Below, piece after piece: positions 29,477 to 39,127 of a stretch of 64,000 nt of DNA. The position numbers were made by a program, and so were the translations under genes. The stretch is from Granulicella sp. (lineage in GTDB: Bacteria > Acidobacteriota > Terriglobia > Terriglobales > Acidobacteriaceae), in NCBI GenBank assembly GCA_035568455.1, contig DATMOB010000022.1:4733-68732 (forward strand). Direction: 5' to 3'. The notes under the pieces are model-generated. The model did not search any database and was not told the origin of the DNA. It saw nothing but the letters and a program-made list of their open reading frames with translations. Position 1 is the stretch's first letter, and each line of letters opens with the position of its first letter.

Positions 29477-29524
29477 GGCTGTCGCGACGGAGGGAGGCAT
29501 TGGCATCCTTCCATCGTGACAGCC
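29477..29524. terminator. Hairpin between the convergent atzF and gpx-like genes
   Basis: GGCTGTCGCGACGGAGGGAGGC pairs imperfectly with GCATCCTTCCATCGTGACAGCC. Confidence 0.5.
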
Positions 29525-29534
29525 GATGGCTGAG

Positions 29535-30257
29535 TTACTGCTCATCCTCCCCGTCGTCCTTGTCCGCCGGTTTTTCATGCGCCTTCTTTGGCTTGTAGCG
29601 GCCGGCGAGGACGGCATCGAGGGTGGAGAGCATCTCCGGCGAATCGGGCGTGACGTCGGGGTCAAGTCGGGCGATGACCTTGCCATTCTTATCGACGAAG
29701 AACTTGGTGTAGTTCCAGTGCACGTCGCCCCCGGCCGGTGCACCCTTGCTCTTGGTGAGATAGAGATAGAAGGGAATTGCCTCCTCTCCAGTCAGCTTCG
29801 AGACTGCCATCACGGGGAAGTTGATCTTGGCATCGGCGTAGGCCTTCTGAATCTCGGCCTCGGTGCCGGGTTCGGAGGCGCCGAAGTCATTCGACGGAAC
29901 TCCTAGGACGACGAGGCCCTTATCTTTAAATGTTTCACTCAGTTTGACCAGAGCCGGAAGCTGGGCGCTGTAACTCGAACCGCGCGCCAGGTTCACGACC
30001 AGCAGGTACTTGCCTTTGAAGTTGGCGAGAGGAACGTCTTTGCCGTCGGCGCCAGGGAGGTTGTAGTCGGAGGCGGTCTTTTCGGGCTTGGCGGCCTTTA
30101 CCGCATCTCCCGGTGCCGTCGCATGCTTCTCTTTTCCTTGCGGCTCGGAATCATGCGTGGGTTTGGGCTGCGAGCAGAGGCCCTGGCTCGCAGCGAGTGC
30201 GAGCAGCAGGCATAGTTTGTACGCTCCATGCGATCGCTTCCCCAGCTGGTTTGGCAC
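29535..30257 (-). CDS. Exported glutathione-peroxidase-like protein lacking the catalytic cysteine
   Basis: GPx fold motifs VVNLARGSSYSAQL, GVPSNDFGASEPG and WNYTKFFVDKNGKV; signal peptide; Cys occurs only in the N-terminal signal region. Confidence 0.85.
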   Translation of the reverse strand: MPNQLGKRSHGAYKLCLLLALAASQGLCSQPKPTHDSEPQGKEKHATAPGDAVKAAKPEKTASDYNLPGADGKDVPLANFKGKYLLVVNLARGSSYSAQLPALVKLSETFKDKGLVVLGVPSNDFGASEPGTEAEIQKAYADAKINFPVMAVSKLTGEEAIPFYLYLTKSKGAPAGGDVHWNYTKFFVDKNGKVIARLDPDVTPDSPEMLSTLDAVLAGRYKPKKAHEKPADKDDGEDEQ

Positions 30258-30436
30258 TTGGTTGCTCCTGATGCGGATGATCGAATCTCCTATGGATCGA
30301 GCTCTCGTCTTCCAAATAGCAGACTGGATGTTGCGAACGTCACTTCGAGAGCGCTCGACCGGCTGGAGTTTGTGTTAGAGGTAGTATCCGCTAGTCGGCG
30401 GCATTCTGCGAACTGAAATACGAAGGTTGAGGCTTT

Positions 30437-30473
30437 ATGTGTTTCCTCTATCTGCAGCATGAAAACTGTCTAT
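30437..30473. promoter_or_regulatory. Two LysR-type boxes between the gpx-like gene and lysR
   Basis: ATGTGTTTCCTCTAT (30437-30451) and ATGAAAACTGTCTAT (30459-30473), 22 bp apart; TGTCTATCG is shared with the 21216 box. Confidence 0.45.
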
Positions 30474-30629
30474 CGCACTGCCCAGTGAATTCAGGGGCTC
30501 CTTGTCCTCTTCTCGATGCAAACCAGTGAATCGCAAGCGGTTGCCCGCGCTCTGTAAGTGAGACTTGGCGGCTGCTAGAATCGTCTCCATACCCGTACCC
30601 CGCATCTCAAAAAAAACATACAGGCGAAA

Positions 30630-31529
30630 ATGGACATTGATCAGCTGAAGACTTTCCTTGAGGTCTCCCGTCAGAAGAGCTTTTCGCGTGCTGCGGAGAA
30701 GCTGTACATTACGCAGCCCTCCATCTCGGCCCAGATCCGCGCACTCGAGACCTATCTGGGGCATCGGCTGTTCGAGCGTGGTGGCGGCAAGGTGACCTTG
30801 ACGGCGGCGGGACGGGTGTTTGAGCCCTTTGCCGAAGATTGCCTGTCGCGCTTGAATCACATGGTGTTGGCGATGGCGGACCTGGAGCGATCGCCGCGCG
30901 GCGCCCTGAGCGTGAGCGCAAACGATTCGACCGCGCTGTATGTGCTGCCCGTGTTCTTCAGTAAATTTCGCAAGCAGTACCCACGGGTCGCGCTGAATAT
31001 CGTGCGCGCGGAGCGCACCAAATCGCTCGAACTGGTGCTCGACCGTGAGGTGGACTTCGGTGTGGTCTCTCTACCGCTCAAAGACCAGCGTCTTCATGTC
31101 GAGGTCGTCCATAAGGATGAACTGGTTCTGACCGTTCCGGCGGGCCACCCGTTGGCGAGTCATGAAATCGCCTCCTTGCAACAGGTGGCGCAGCACCGGC
31201 TACTGCTGCCGAAGCAAGGTCGGCGTCGCGAGCAGCTCGATGATCTGTTTGCGCAGCAGAAGCTGATCCCTCGCATCGGCATGGAGCTGGATTCGAACGA
31301 ACTTTTGAAACGTCTGATCTTGAAGGAGATGGGCATCGGATTTCTGCCCAAGATCAATGTGCTGGAGGAGTTGCGCGCCGGTACGTTGAAGGTTATTCCA
31401 ATCGAAAACGTCGAGATATCCCGCGATCTGGCGCTGATCAGCCGCAAGGATCGCGAACTGACGCGTGCCGGCAACGCCTTTTTTACCTTCGCAACCGGGA
31501 ATGTCCGGCCAGCGCCGAACGAGCTCTAG
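30630..31529 (+). CDS. LysR-family transcriptional regulator
   Basis: HTH SFSRAAEKLYITQPSISAQIRALE...LFER plus an effector-binding domain; 299 aa. Confidence 0.95.
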   Translation: MDIDQLKTFLEVSRQKSFSRAAEKLYITQPSISAQIRALETYLGHRLFERGGGKVTLTAAGRVFEPFAEDCLSRLNHMVLAMADLERSPRGALSVSANDSTALYVLPVFFSKFRKQYPRVALNIVRAERTKSLELVLDREVDFGVVSLPLKDQRLHVEVVHKDELVLTVPAGHPLASHEIASLQQVAQHRLLLPKQGRRREQLDDLFAQQKLIPRIGMELDSNELLKRLILKEMGIGFLPKINVLEELRAGTLKVIPIENVEISRDLALISRKDRELTRAGNAFFTFATGNVRPAPNEL

Positions 31530-32061
31530 TCTAGAGTCGCCACCAAATTAGTGCGGCAGAGTAGCTCTCTGGGCATGCCTGTCGCCCCGCGGCGGTTAAT
31601 CACCAAGAGCGCGAAGTGCGGCACCGTTTGAACTGTCCCGCAGTTGGATGGCGCTGCGGTCCTCGATCGTAACGCCATCGAAATCTTCTATGAGCGCGAT
31701 AGGGCGGGCGCGGATGCGATTGCTATGTCCGTAGTTCCTGCGCATAATCGACCTCGCAACCCTGCACCCATCAAGCCTCGCACGAGCCTCGCATAATCCT
31801 CGACACAACGCAGGAGCAAGCTTCTCTATGTAAGTGGGCCAATATTATTTGTTCCATCACCATTCCCTGGGCTCGCGCTCAAGGTTTCGGTCTCTTTCTG
31901 TCTCTCTGTGTTGCAGTGCGATCGGTTACCGACGCATCTGCGCTTTCCCGGCCTGATTTACAGCTCTCGAGCGGAACTAGCGTTCCTCTTGAAGCCCCAA
32001 ATCGAACACGCGCCCTCCGGTGTGAGACCGGATCGGGCAGCGATGTCGAAGTCGAAGTTAG

Positions 32062-35000
32062 ATGGAGATAATCTTGAGAATCTTCCGTGTACTCGCTTCC
32101 TGGGCAGTTTTCTTGTTGATGCCGTCCGCTTTGTTTGCTCAAGGCAATACGACATCTCTAAGTGGTGTTGTCACCGATCCTTCGGGTGCAGCCATCGCCG
32201 GTGCCTCCGTCACGATTCTCGATTCGGCGATGGGCACAAGCAAGAACGAGTTAAGCAAGTCGCATGGAGAGTTCGAGTTTCCCCAGATTGCTCCAGGTCA
32301 CTATGCCCTGACCGTCAGTTTTCAGGGTTTCTCCGATCAGCAGCAGAATCTGGAGTTACTGGTGGCATCACCATTGAAGGTGAATATCAAGATGAGCGTC
32401 GGTGCTGTGGAGACGGTCAGCGTCGAGGCCGCGGCGATGACGGTCAACACCACGGACGCGACCCTGGGAAAGGCGTTCAACAGCGCTCAGGTGCAGAATC
32501 TGCCGTACCTCGCTAACAATGTCACGTACTTGCTCTCGCTGCAACCTGGCGTGCTTGCGCTCGACAGCGGCGCGCAGACCGGCGGACTCAATACAGATAC
32601 ACGCACCGGTATCGTGAATGGTGCACGGCAGGACCAGACCAACATCTCGCTGGACGGCGTGGATAACAATGACCAGATCTTCGGCTATGCCTTCAATGGC
32701 GCATTGCGCTCGACACGCGACTCGGTGGAGGAGTTCCGGGTCACCACGACCAATGCCAATGCGGACTCCGGACGCTCCTCAGGGGCCCAGGTCTCGCTGG
32801 TTACGCGTAGCGGAACTAACACCATCCACGGAAGCGCATATGAGTATTATCGCGATCCTGGCACGACCTCCAATAACTGGTTCATTAAGCAGGCGCAACT
32901 GAGTTCAGGGCAGCCCAACATCGCGGCCAAGGTCTTGCAGCATACCTATGGCGGATCGCTGGGACTTCCAATCATCAAAGATAAGCTGTTCTTCTTCGGG
33001 GCATATGAGGGGTTCAAGCAGGCGAGTGATATTCCGGTCGGCGAAGTCGTGCCATCGATCATGGGCGGCGGCGGTCTCGTTACCGGCAATGTAACCTACG
33101 AGGCTTGCCCCACCTCCGCCACCTGTCAGAACGGAACCACCTATAAAACGCTCACACCGGCAGACATCGCACAGCTGGACGGGCGATCTTCCGACCCAGC
33201 CTGCGCGAACGCGACCTGCTACGCCCCGAGCACCAACGCCGCAGCGCTCGCCTATTTCAAGCAGTTCCCCCTGTCGAACTCGAACGGAGCGGGCGACGGG
33301 TATAACACTGGGGGTTACAACTTCACGTCGCCGGCGCCGCTGCACCAGATTACGAACATCGCTCGCGTGGACTACAACATTAATCGGAAACAGTCGCTCT
33401 TTGTGCGGGGTAACCTGCAGAGTGACAATCAGGCGACAGCGCTTCAGTTTCCCGGTCTGCCCGCCGCCGCCAACATCTTCGGGAATAACAAAGGCATTGC
33501 AGTCGGCCATATCTGGTCGATCAATGACCGGATGACGAACAACGCACGCTATGGCTTTACCCGCCTGGGCAACGCATCCCGGGGTACCGGAAGTCAGCCC
33601 TACATCAGTTTCGCTGCCTTCAGCACTCTCACCGCGGCGACGACTACGACCCTTTATAAGGTCACGACCAACAACTTCTCCGACGACTTTACCTACACCA
33701 AGGGAAGACATACGATCCAGGCCGGCGCGAACCTTTACTTGCTGTCGAACGGGCAGTACTTTGACGCGCCTTTGCTCTCGTACGCGAATGTAAGCCCCAA
33801 CCTGTTGGCGACCGCTGCCATCGCGAATCAGGGCGGAAGTCTGGACCCGGGCGCCTTCAACTGCGCCAATTGCGGGACGGTCTCCGCTGGCTTCTCGAAC
33901 TTCTACAATCAGGCGATCATCTCCAACGTCGGCGCGATCGAGACCGCCAACTCCGGGACAGAGTTTAGTGTGCAGAACAACACGCTTGCTCCTCTGGGGG
34001 CGGGTGTCGTGCCAACCCACACCTTCCGCAACGTCGAGCAGGAGTATTACCTGCAGGACCAGTGGAAGGCCACCTCGCAGTTCACGTTGACCTTCGGTCT
34101 GCGCTATGTCTATCTCGGTGTTCCCTACGAGAAGAACGGGCAGCAGATCGCGCCCACCATCCCGCTCGACACCTTCCTTGCAAATCGCGCAACTGCAGCT
34201 GCCGCCGGTACCTCATATGACACGCGCGTCTCCTTCCGCGCCTCCGGTTCTCCGAATGGCCAGCCGAACTTCTGGAACGCGCAGAAACTCAACCTCGCTC
34301 CACGCATTGCGTTCGCGTATGCCACGCGGGACAACAAGACCTCAGTTCGCGGCGGCTTCGCTCTCTCGTTCGACCATTTTGGCGGGGCCGTAATCGACTC
34401 CTACCAGTCGAACCCACAGTCGCTGCTGTCGCTTTCGCAAACCAATCTTGCGCCCTACACGGATATCAATTCGAATCCACGTTTTACCGGCTATCATAAC
34501 GTTCCGGCGGTGGCCGGAGCCACTGGCGCGCTGCAGTTGCCGTATACGCCCGTGGATAGCCCGTTCACCTTCGACTACAGCATCAACGACCAGCAGAAGA
34601 CTCCCTACGCGGAGACCTTCAACCTTACTCTTGAGCACCAACTGCCGCACAATCTGGCGATCACCGCCTCCTACGTCGGACGCCTGGGACGCCATCTTAT
34701 CGAGAACCTCGACGTCGCCCAGCCCACCAATCTGTACGACCCAAAGAGCGGCCAGACCTACTTCCAGGCGGCCACTGCCTTCGACAAGATGGTTGACGCG
34801 GGGATCTCTCCCGGGAATGTTCCTGACACCGGCTACTTTCACAACATCTTTCCGAACTTTAGCTATGGCAGTTATGTAGGCGCCCAGGCCTACTATGCTG
34901 TCTTTGCGAACAACCGTGGCAACGAAACCAATGCGCTTTACGCTGCGGATACTGACCCGACCGTCTCTCCGGGGGGGCAGAGCAACCGCTTCTTCTTTCC

Positions 35001-35832
35001 CCAGACCTCCTCGATCTACGCTCAGTCCAGCATTGGGACCAGCAACTACCACGCCTTGCAACTTTCGATCCGCCAGGCTCTGCGGCATGGCCTGGAGTAT
35101 GACGTGAACTACACTTACTCCAAGTCGATGGACGAAGGCTCTGATCCAGAGCGGGGCGCAAGCACCAGTGGTCCCAATAACGGAAGTCTGATCATCAATA
35201 CCTTTGGTCAGCATCAGATGTACGCGGTATCTGACTTCGATGTCCGCCACAACATCACCGCCAACTACACTGCGCCGCTTCCCTTCGGCAAAGGAGCGTT
35301 GCTGCTGAACAAGGGCGGTCTGCTGGACATGTTCGTGGGTGGATTTCAGTTGAATGGAGTCGTCCACTACAGCACCGGATTTCCGTTCAGCGCCGTGGCC
35401 CAAAACACCTACGGAACCAACTTCGCGTTCTCCAGCAACATGGTCGCGACCGGACCGATTCCAACCGGTGGACATCACTATGTGGCAGGCAATCAGACCG
35501 AGACCTCTCTGAAGGGAATCACCTCTGCCCAGGCGCACGCGAACCTGCGTTTCGCCTATGTCGGGGACAGCGGCCAGCGCAACAACTTCCGCTCTGACGG
35601 CTATCTGTCGCTGGACGATGGATTGGCAAAGTCGTTCCACACCTTCGGCGAACAACAGCTGCGACTCTCGGTCGAGGTCTTCAACGTGCTCAACACCAAC
35701 CGCTTTGCGATTGTGCAAAACGACGGCACCAGCGGCAACTTTGGGGTGTATCAGAATGGAACACCCTCCAACCCAAACGCTCTCCTGGTGCAGCCGCGCC
35801 AGATGCAGTTCTCGGGTAAGTACATCTTCTAA
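32062..35832 (+). CDS. TonB-dependent receptor (Oar-like, N-terminal carboxypeptidase-regulatory-like domain)
   Basis: Signal peptide, LSGVVTDPSGAAIAGASVT, LDGVDNND, VEEFRVTT, TRSGTNTIHGSAYEY, YLQDQWK, NLAPRIAFAY and terminal PRQMQFSGKYIF. Confidence 0.92.
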   Translation: MEIILRIFRVLASWAVFLLMPSALFAQGNTTSLSGVVTDPSGAAIAGASVTILDSAMGTSKNELSKSHGEFEFPQIAPGHYALTVSFQGFSDQQQNLELLVASPLKVNIKMSVGAVETVSVEAAAMTVNTTDATLGKAFNSAQVQNLPYLANNVTYLLSLQPGVLALDSGAQTGGLNTDTRTGIVNGARQDQTNISLDGVDNNDQIFGYAFNGALRSTRDSVEEFRVTTTNANADSGRSSGAQVSLVTRSGTNTIHGSAYEYYRDPGTTSNNWFIKQAQLSSGQPNIAAKVLQHTYGGSLGLPIIKDKLFFFGAYEGFKQASDIPVGEVVPSIMGGGGLVTGNVTYEACPTSATCQNGTTYKTLTPADIAQLDGRSSDPACANATCYAPSTNAAALAYFKQFPLSNSNGAGDGYNTGGYNFTSPAPLHQITNIARVDYNINRKQSLFVRGNLQSDNQATALQFPGLPAAANIFGNNKGIAVGHIWSINDRMTNNARYGFTRLGNASRGTGSQPYISFAAFSTLTAATTTTLYKVTTNNFSDDFTYTKGRHTIQAGANLYLLSNGQYFDAPLLSYANVSPNLLATAAIANQGGSLDPGAFNCANCGTVSAGFSNFYNQAIISNVGAIETANSGTEFSVQNNTLAPLGAGVVPTHTFRNVEQEYYLQDQWKATSQFTLTFGLRYVYLGVPYEKNGQQIAPTIPLDTFLANRATAAAAGTSYDTRVSFRASGSPNGQPNFWNAQKLNLAPRIAFAYATRDNKTSVRGGFALSFDHFGGAVIDSYQSNPQSLLSLSQTNLAPYTDINSNPRFTGYHNVPAVAGATGALQLPYTPVDSPFTFDYSINDQQKTPYAETFNLTLEHQLPHNLAITASYVGRLGRHLIENLDVAQPTNLYDPKSGQTYFQAATAFDKMVDAGISPGNVPDTGYFHNIFPNFSYGSYVGAQAYYAVFANNRGNETNALYAADTDPTVSPGGQSNRFFFPQTSSIYAQSSIGTSNYHALQLSIRQALRHGLEYDVNYTYSKSMDEGSDPERGASTSGPNNGSLIINTFGQHQMYAVSDFDVRHNITANYTAPLPFGKGALLLNKGGLLDMFVGGFQLNGVVHYSTGFPFSAVAQNTYGTNFAFSSNMVATGPIPTGGHHYVAGNQTETSLKGITSAQAHANLRFAYVGDSGQRNNFRSDGYLSLDDGLAKSFHTFGEQQLRLSVEVFNVLNTNRFAIVQNDGTSGNFGVYQNGTPSNPNALLVQPRQMQFSGKYIF

Positions 35833-35851
35833 ACACGATCGTCGAGAAAGG

Positions 35852-35888
35852 CTGGCGCGCTCCTGAACTGAGGAGCGCGCCAGTTCTT
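35852..35888 (+). terminator. Intrinsic terminator after the TonB receptor
   Basis: 13-bp perfect stem CTGGCGCGCTCCT/AGGAGCGCGCCAG with a 6-nt loop, followed by TTCTT. Confidence 0.7.
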
Positions 35889-35935
35889 GTTAGATGGCTT
35901 GTCACCTCGTATATTCAACTGATACTTGTAAGCAT

Positions 35936-35971
35936 TACTTCCAACCACTACTTCCAACGATTACTTCCAAC
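35936..35971. repeat. Three TACTTCCAAC direct repeats with 13-bp period
   Basis: Copies start at 35936, 35949 and 35962, just upstream of the MBL hydrolase RBS. Confidence 0.8.
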
Positions 35972-35988
35972 CTAGGACTGAGGGACAC

Positions 35989-37008
35989 ATGTCGAAAGTT
36001 TCTATCGTAAGAGCCAGCATGGTGGCGATGCTCTGCCTGTCTTCGTGCGTGGCAACCTTGGCGCAGCTTCCGGAACCGGATGGAGGGACGATTGAGCGCG
36101 GCACGCTGCCCGCCCGCTGGCTCTCCCAGGGTTCGAAGTGCATGGAGATTCCCGAGTGGCAGGTGCATGAGTACAACCCGAACTTCTTCATCCTGCGGCA
36201 GTCCCCCTGCACCGACTACGAGAAGCCGTTCGTGTTCCTCTTCTTCGGCAAGGACAAGGCATTGCTGGCGGATACCGGATCGCGCAACGGCAACATTGTT
36301 CCTGCGATTCAACTCACGGTCAAGAACTGGTTGGCACGCAACGGGCGCACAAGTATTCCTCTGCTTGTGGTGCATACCCACGAGCACGGAGACCATATCT
36401 GGGGCGACAAGGCGCTGCAGGCGATGAACGATCCTGCGATCCCGGTCACATTCCTGCCGGCGGAGGTCGAAGCCAGCAAAAAATTCTACGGCATCGAGCA
36501 CTGGCCAACCGACATCGGCCATGTCGATCTGGGCGGCCGCGTGATCGACGTGATTCCCATTCCAGGACACAGCGTGGCCAGCGTGGCCTTCTATGACCGG
36601 AATACGGCCGTCCTGCTCTCTAGCGACAGCCTCTATCCCGGCCGCCTTTACGTGCAGGACTTTGCCGCCTTCCAGGCCAGCACGGAGCGGTTGATCGAGT
36701 TCACCAAGGACAAGCCGGTGGCCTACGTTCTGGGCAATCATATCGAGGAGACCAGCACGCCGTTTCTCGACTATCCGGTGGGCACGATGTATCAACCGCA
36801 CGAACATGAACTCGCCCTATCGCGCGGAGCGCTGCTGGAGTTGGAGGATGCTCTGCTGTCCATGCACGGCGAGCCGCAAAGGGTGGCGCTGCGCGACTTC
36901 TCGGTCTGGCCCAGGGGAGCGAAGTTCTCTAAGCCCGGCGACAAGGCGAGCTTCGAGCAGCATGTGAAGGAAGAGAAGGAGCACATGTGGGACCACTCCG
37001 CCCAGTAG
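35989..37008 (+). CDS. Secreted MBL-fold metallo-hydrolase
   Basis: Signal peptide; DTG, HTHEHGDH, PGHS, SDSLY and GNH metal ligands. Confidence 0.88.
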   Translation: MSKVSIVRASMVAMLCLSSCVATLAQLPEPDGGTIERGTLPARWLSQGSKCMEIPEWQVHEYNPNFFILRQSPCTDYEKPFVFLFFGKDKALLADTGSRNGNIVPAIQLTVKNWLARNGRTSIPLLVVHTHEHGDHIWGDKALQAMNDPAIPVTFLPAEVEASKKFYGIEHWPTDIGHVDLGGRVIDVIPIPGHSVASVAFYDRNTAVLLSSDSLYPGRLYVQDFAAFQASTERLIEFTKDKPVAYVLGNHIEETSTPFLDYPVGTMYQPHEHELALSRGALLELEDALLSMHGEPQRVALRDFSVWPRGAKFSKPGDKASFEQHVKEEKEHMWDHSAQ

Positions 37009-37229
37009 GCCACTGCGATTGGCTGGGCAACCGCCAACCGCAGCGCAACACGTGACGATCCGATCACCACGATCACTCCTCCGGAGCGGCCGCCCAGACG
37101 GCGCCGCTCCGGAAAGCACTTAAAGCCATGCGCTCTCCGGAACAATGAAGACAGAGGATTGGTTCGCTGCGCGCTCCGGTCTACCGGCCCACAGGCTCCG
37201 GACGTAGAGATTCTGAGTTGTTGTTTTGT

Positions 37230-37251
37230 AAGGTGATGGCGGAGAGGGGGG
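37230..37251. repeat. att-site duplication of the tRNA-Ser 3' end
   Basis: 21/22 nt identical to 41967-41988, including the CCA end (TGG on the + strand). Confidence 0.85.
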
Positions 37252-37405
37252 CCGTGAAGCCCCTTTATCCTTCAATAATTTAGGGTCCGGTACCCATCGT
37301 GACAACTGCTCTTTTACGCCCACTTTCGATCTGCAGGTCGCTTCTTGCTGACGCAGGTCCACATCGAGTCGTCCCATCTCGTGCTTCATTGAATCCCCCG
37401 ACTCC

Positions 37406-37590
37406 GGGGAATACGCCGACATCCCACGACCGTCCTTCTCGCTGTACGACGCGTAGATCGCCTCCAGATCCAGCGCGTTCACCACGTCCGACAAAAAACG
37501 CGCCAAATGATCTTCCGGAAGCCAATCATGCAAAGAAGAAGGAAACAGCAGCGACTGATTCAGATCATCAGCACGGAAACTCTTACTCAT
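37406..37590 (-). pseudogene. IS1182-family transposase N-terminal fragment
   Basis: MSKSFRADDLNQSLLFPSSLHDWLPEDHLARFLSDVVNALDL...GRGMSAYSP, after which similarity ends. Confidence 0.75.
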
Positions 37591-38227
37591 CAACCCGATT
37601 CTAAAGCCGGTCCGCTCCAAAGAAATCGTCCGATCGTCGCCGCCCCCGAAGGGCAGCCGCTTTTTAGTTCGCGCAAATCTTCCATGCGAGAAGGAAACCC
37701 CCCTCGCACCGAGCCACATCTAAGCAATTCTTAGGAACCGTAAGAGCCGATCCTAACCAGCGGCAAGACGCGCGCCTTTGTAGTCGTTTTTGACTATGAA
37801 CGCCCAGTCGGATCAGGGTATACCTTCTCGGCAGAGGCAGGCTTGGGCGCCTAGCTTGTAGCGACTGGCATCAATGGTTGCAGGGTCTCTTTGTGGCCCC
37901 TCTGTTCTCGATCCTTGCATTGCGCAAGATCTGGCTCGCGCGGAAGCGAACAGTGCGCCTGTTAGATCTACTTCCCTCTTTGGAGGTAGAGATGCGTCCA
38001 GAAGAAGCCGCCGGAGCGACGTCCGGCTTTCGGCTTGCTGTTCCACTCCACTCACTCCTTGCCAAGCCTTCCGCCCCACCCCTGGGGCTATACCCGCAAG
38101 GCGAACCGCAGGTGTTTCCCGATCCTGTCTTTCCGCAGCGCGCTGAACTACTCGGACCGGTCGACTTCGATGCGCCCATGCGCAAGCGCAAGTGGACTCC
38201 GCCGCGGGAGTTCTTCAGAGGGACGTC

Positions 38228-38941
38228 ATGCTCTTTCGTCTTGCTGGCTCGATCAGCCTGCTGTTGACGCTGGCTCACGCTCAAAGCCCCCCTCCTCCTC
38301 TTTCGACCGACGAGATTGTCGCGCGGATGGAGGCGATGAATGAACAACGAGCCCTCACACAACCTCGGTGTGAATGTGAGCGCGCCTATACACTCGACTA
38401 CCACGGGTTCCCTGAGTCGAAGCATGCTGAGATGGAGGTGCGCTCGATGCAAGATGGGGTCCGGAAAGAGTTCACGATCCTCAGGGAATCAGGATCGACC
38501 GCATTACGCTCCAAGGTTCTCCACAAGATGCTCGACACGGAACGTGAAGTTTCAGCCGGCCCGCTGCATGAGGAAAGTCGGCTAATGCGCAAGAACTACG
38601 ACTTTACCATGGTCGGCACGGAGACCAGCAAGGATGGTCCGGTGTACGTGTTCTCCATCAAGCCACGGGTTAAGAGCAAGGTCACCTGGTCGGGTCGAGT
38701 ATGGGTGGACGCCAAAGACTACGCCGTAGTTCGGGCCGAAGGAAAGCCCGACAAAATGCCATCGTGGTGGACGAGGGATTCCAAGTTCATCTCGACCTAT
38801 CAGAAGGTGGACGGCAGGTGGCTGCCGAAACAGAATGTGTCTGAGACGCAAGTGCGATTTGGTGGGCAGGCTCATCTCGTTATTGACTACAAGAAGTGCT
38901 CGCCAACCAACAACGAGCGTGCTAGCTCAGTGCCTCCATAG
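38228..38941 (+). CDS. Secreted protein of the LolA/RseB-like (lipoprotein-sorting-like) family
   Basis: Signal peptide; YDFTMVG...YVFSIKPR...GRVWVDAKDYAVVRAEG...WLP pattern. Start placed at ATG 38228. Confidence 0.65.
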   Translation: MLFRLAGSISLLLTLAHAQSPPPPLSTDEIVARMEAMNEQRALTQPRCECERAYTLDYHGFPESKHAEMEVRSMQDGVRKEFTILRESGSTALRSKVLHKMLDTEREVSAGPLHEESRLMRKNYDFTMVGTETSKDGPVYVFSIKPRVKSKVTWSGRVWVDAKDYAVVRAEGKPDKMPSWWTRDSKFISTYQKVDGRWLPKQNVSETQVRFGGQAHLVIDYKKCSPTNNERASSVPP

Positions 38942-39127
38942 AAGGGCGTCAGCCTTACTCCAGAGCACAGAAGATCGATTCCTGGGAACTCTCTGGTGCG
39001 GAGGGCGCGCGGTGCCGAATGCTGCCGGAGGCGGCTACGGAGTTAGCAAGTGCTCTGACAAATGTGATTCGGCTTGGCTTCGTCCTTGGCACAGAGAGGA
39101 TCGCTTACGACCATATGACGCGCCAAA

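Noticed and set aside
29960-30000. Possible selenocysteine in the GPx homologue
   Set aside because: The active-site codon is TCG (Ser) and the ORF has no in-frame TGA.
30435-30860. 141-aa - strand ORF
   Set aside because: Antisense to the LysR HTH and overlapping the putative regulatory boxes.
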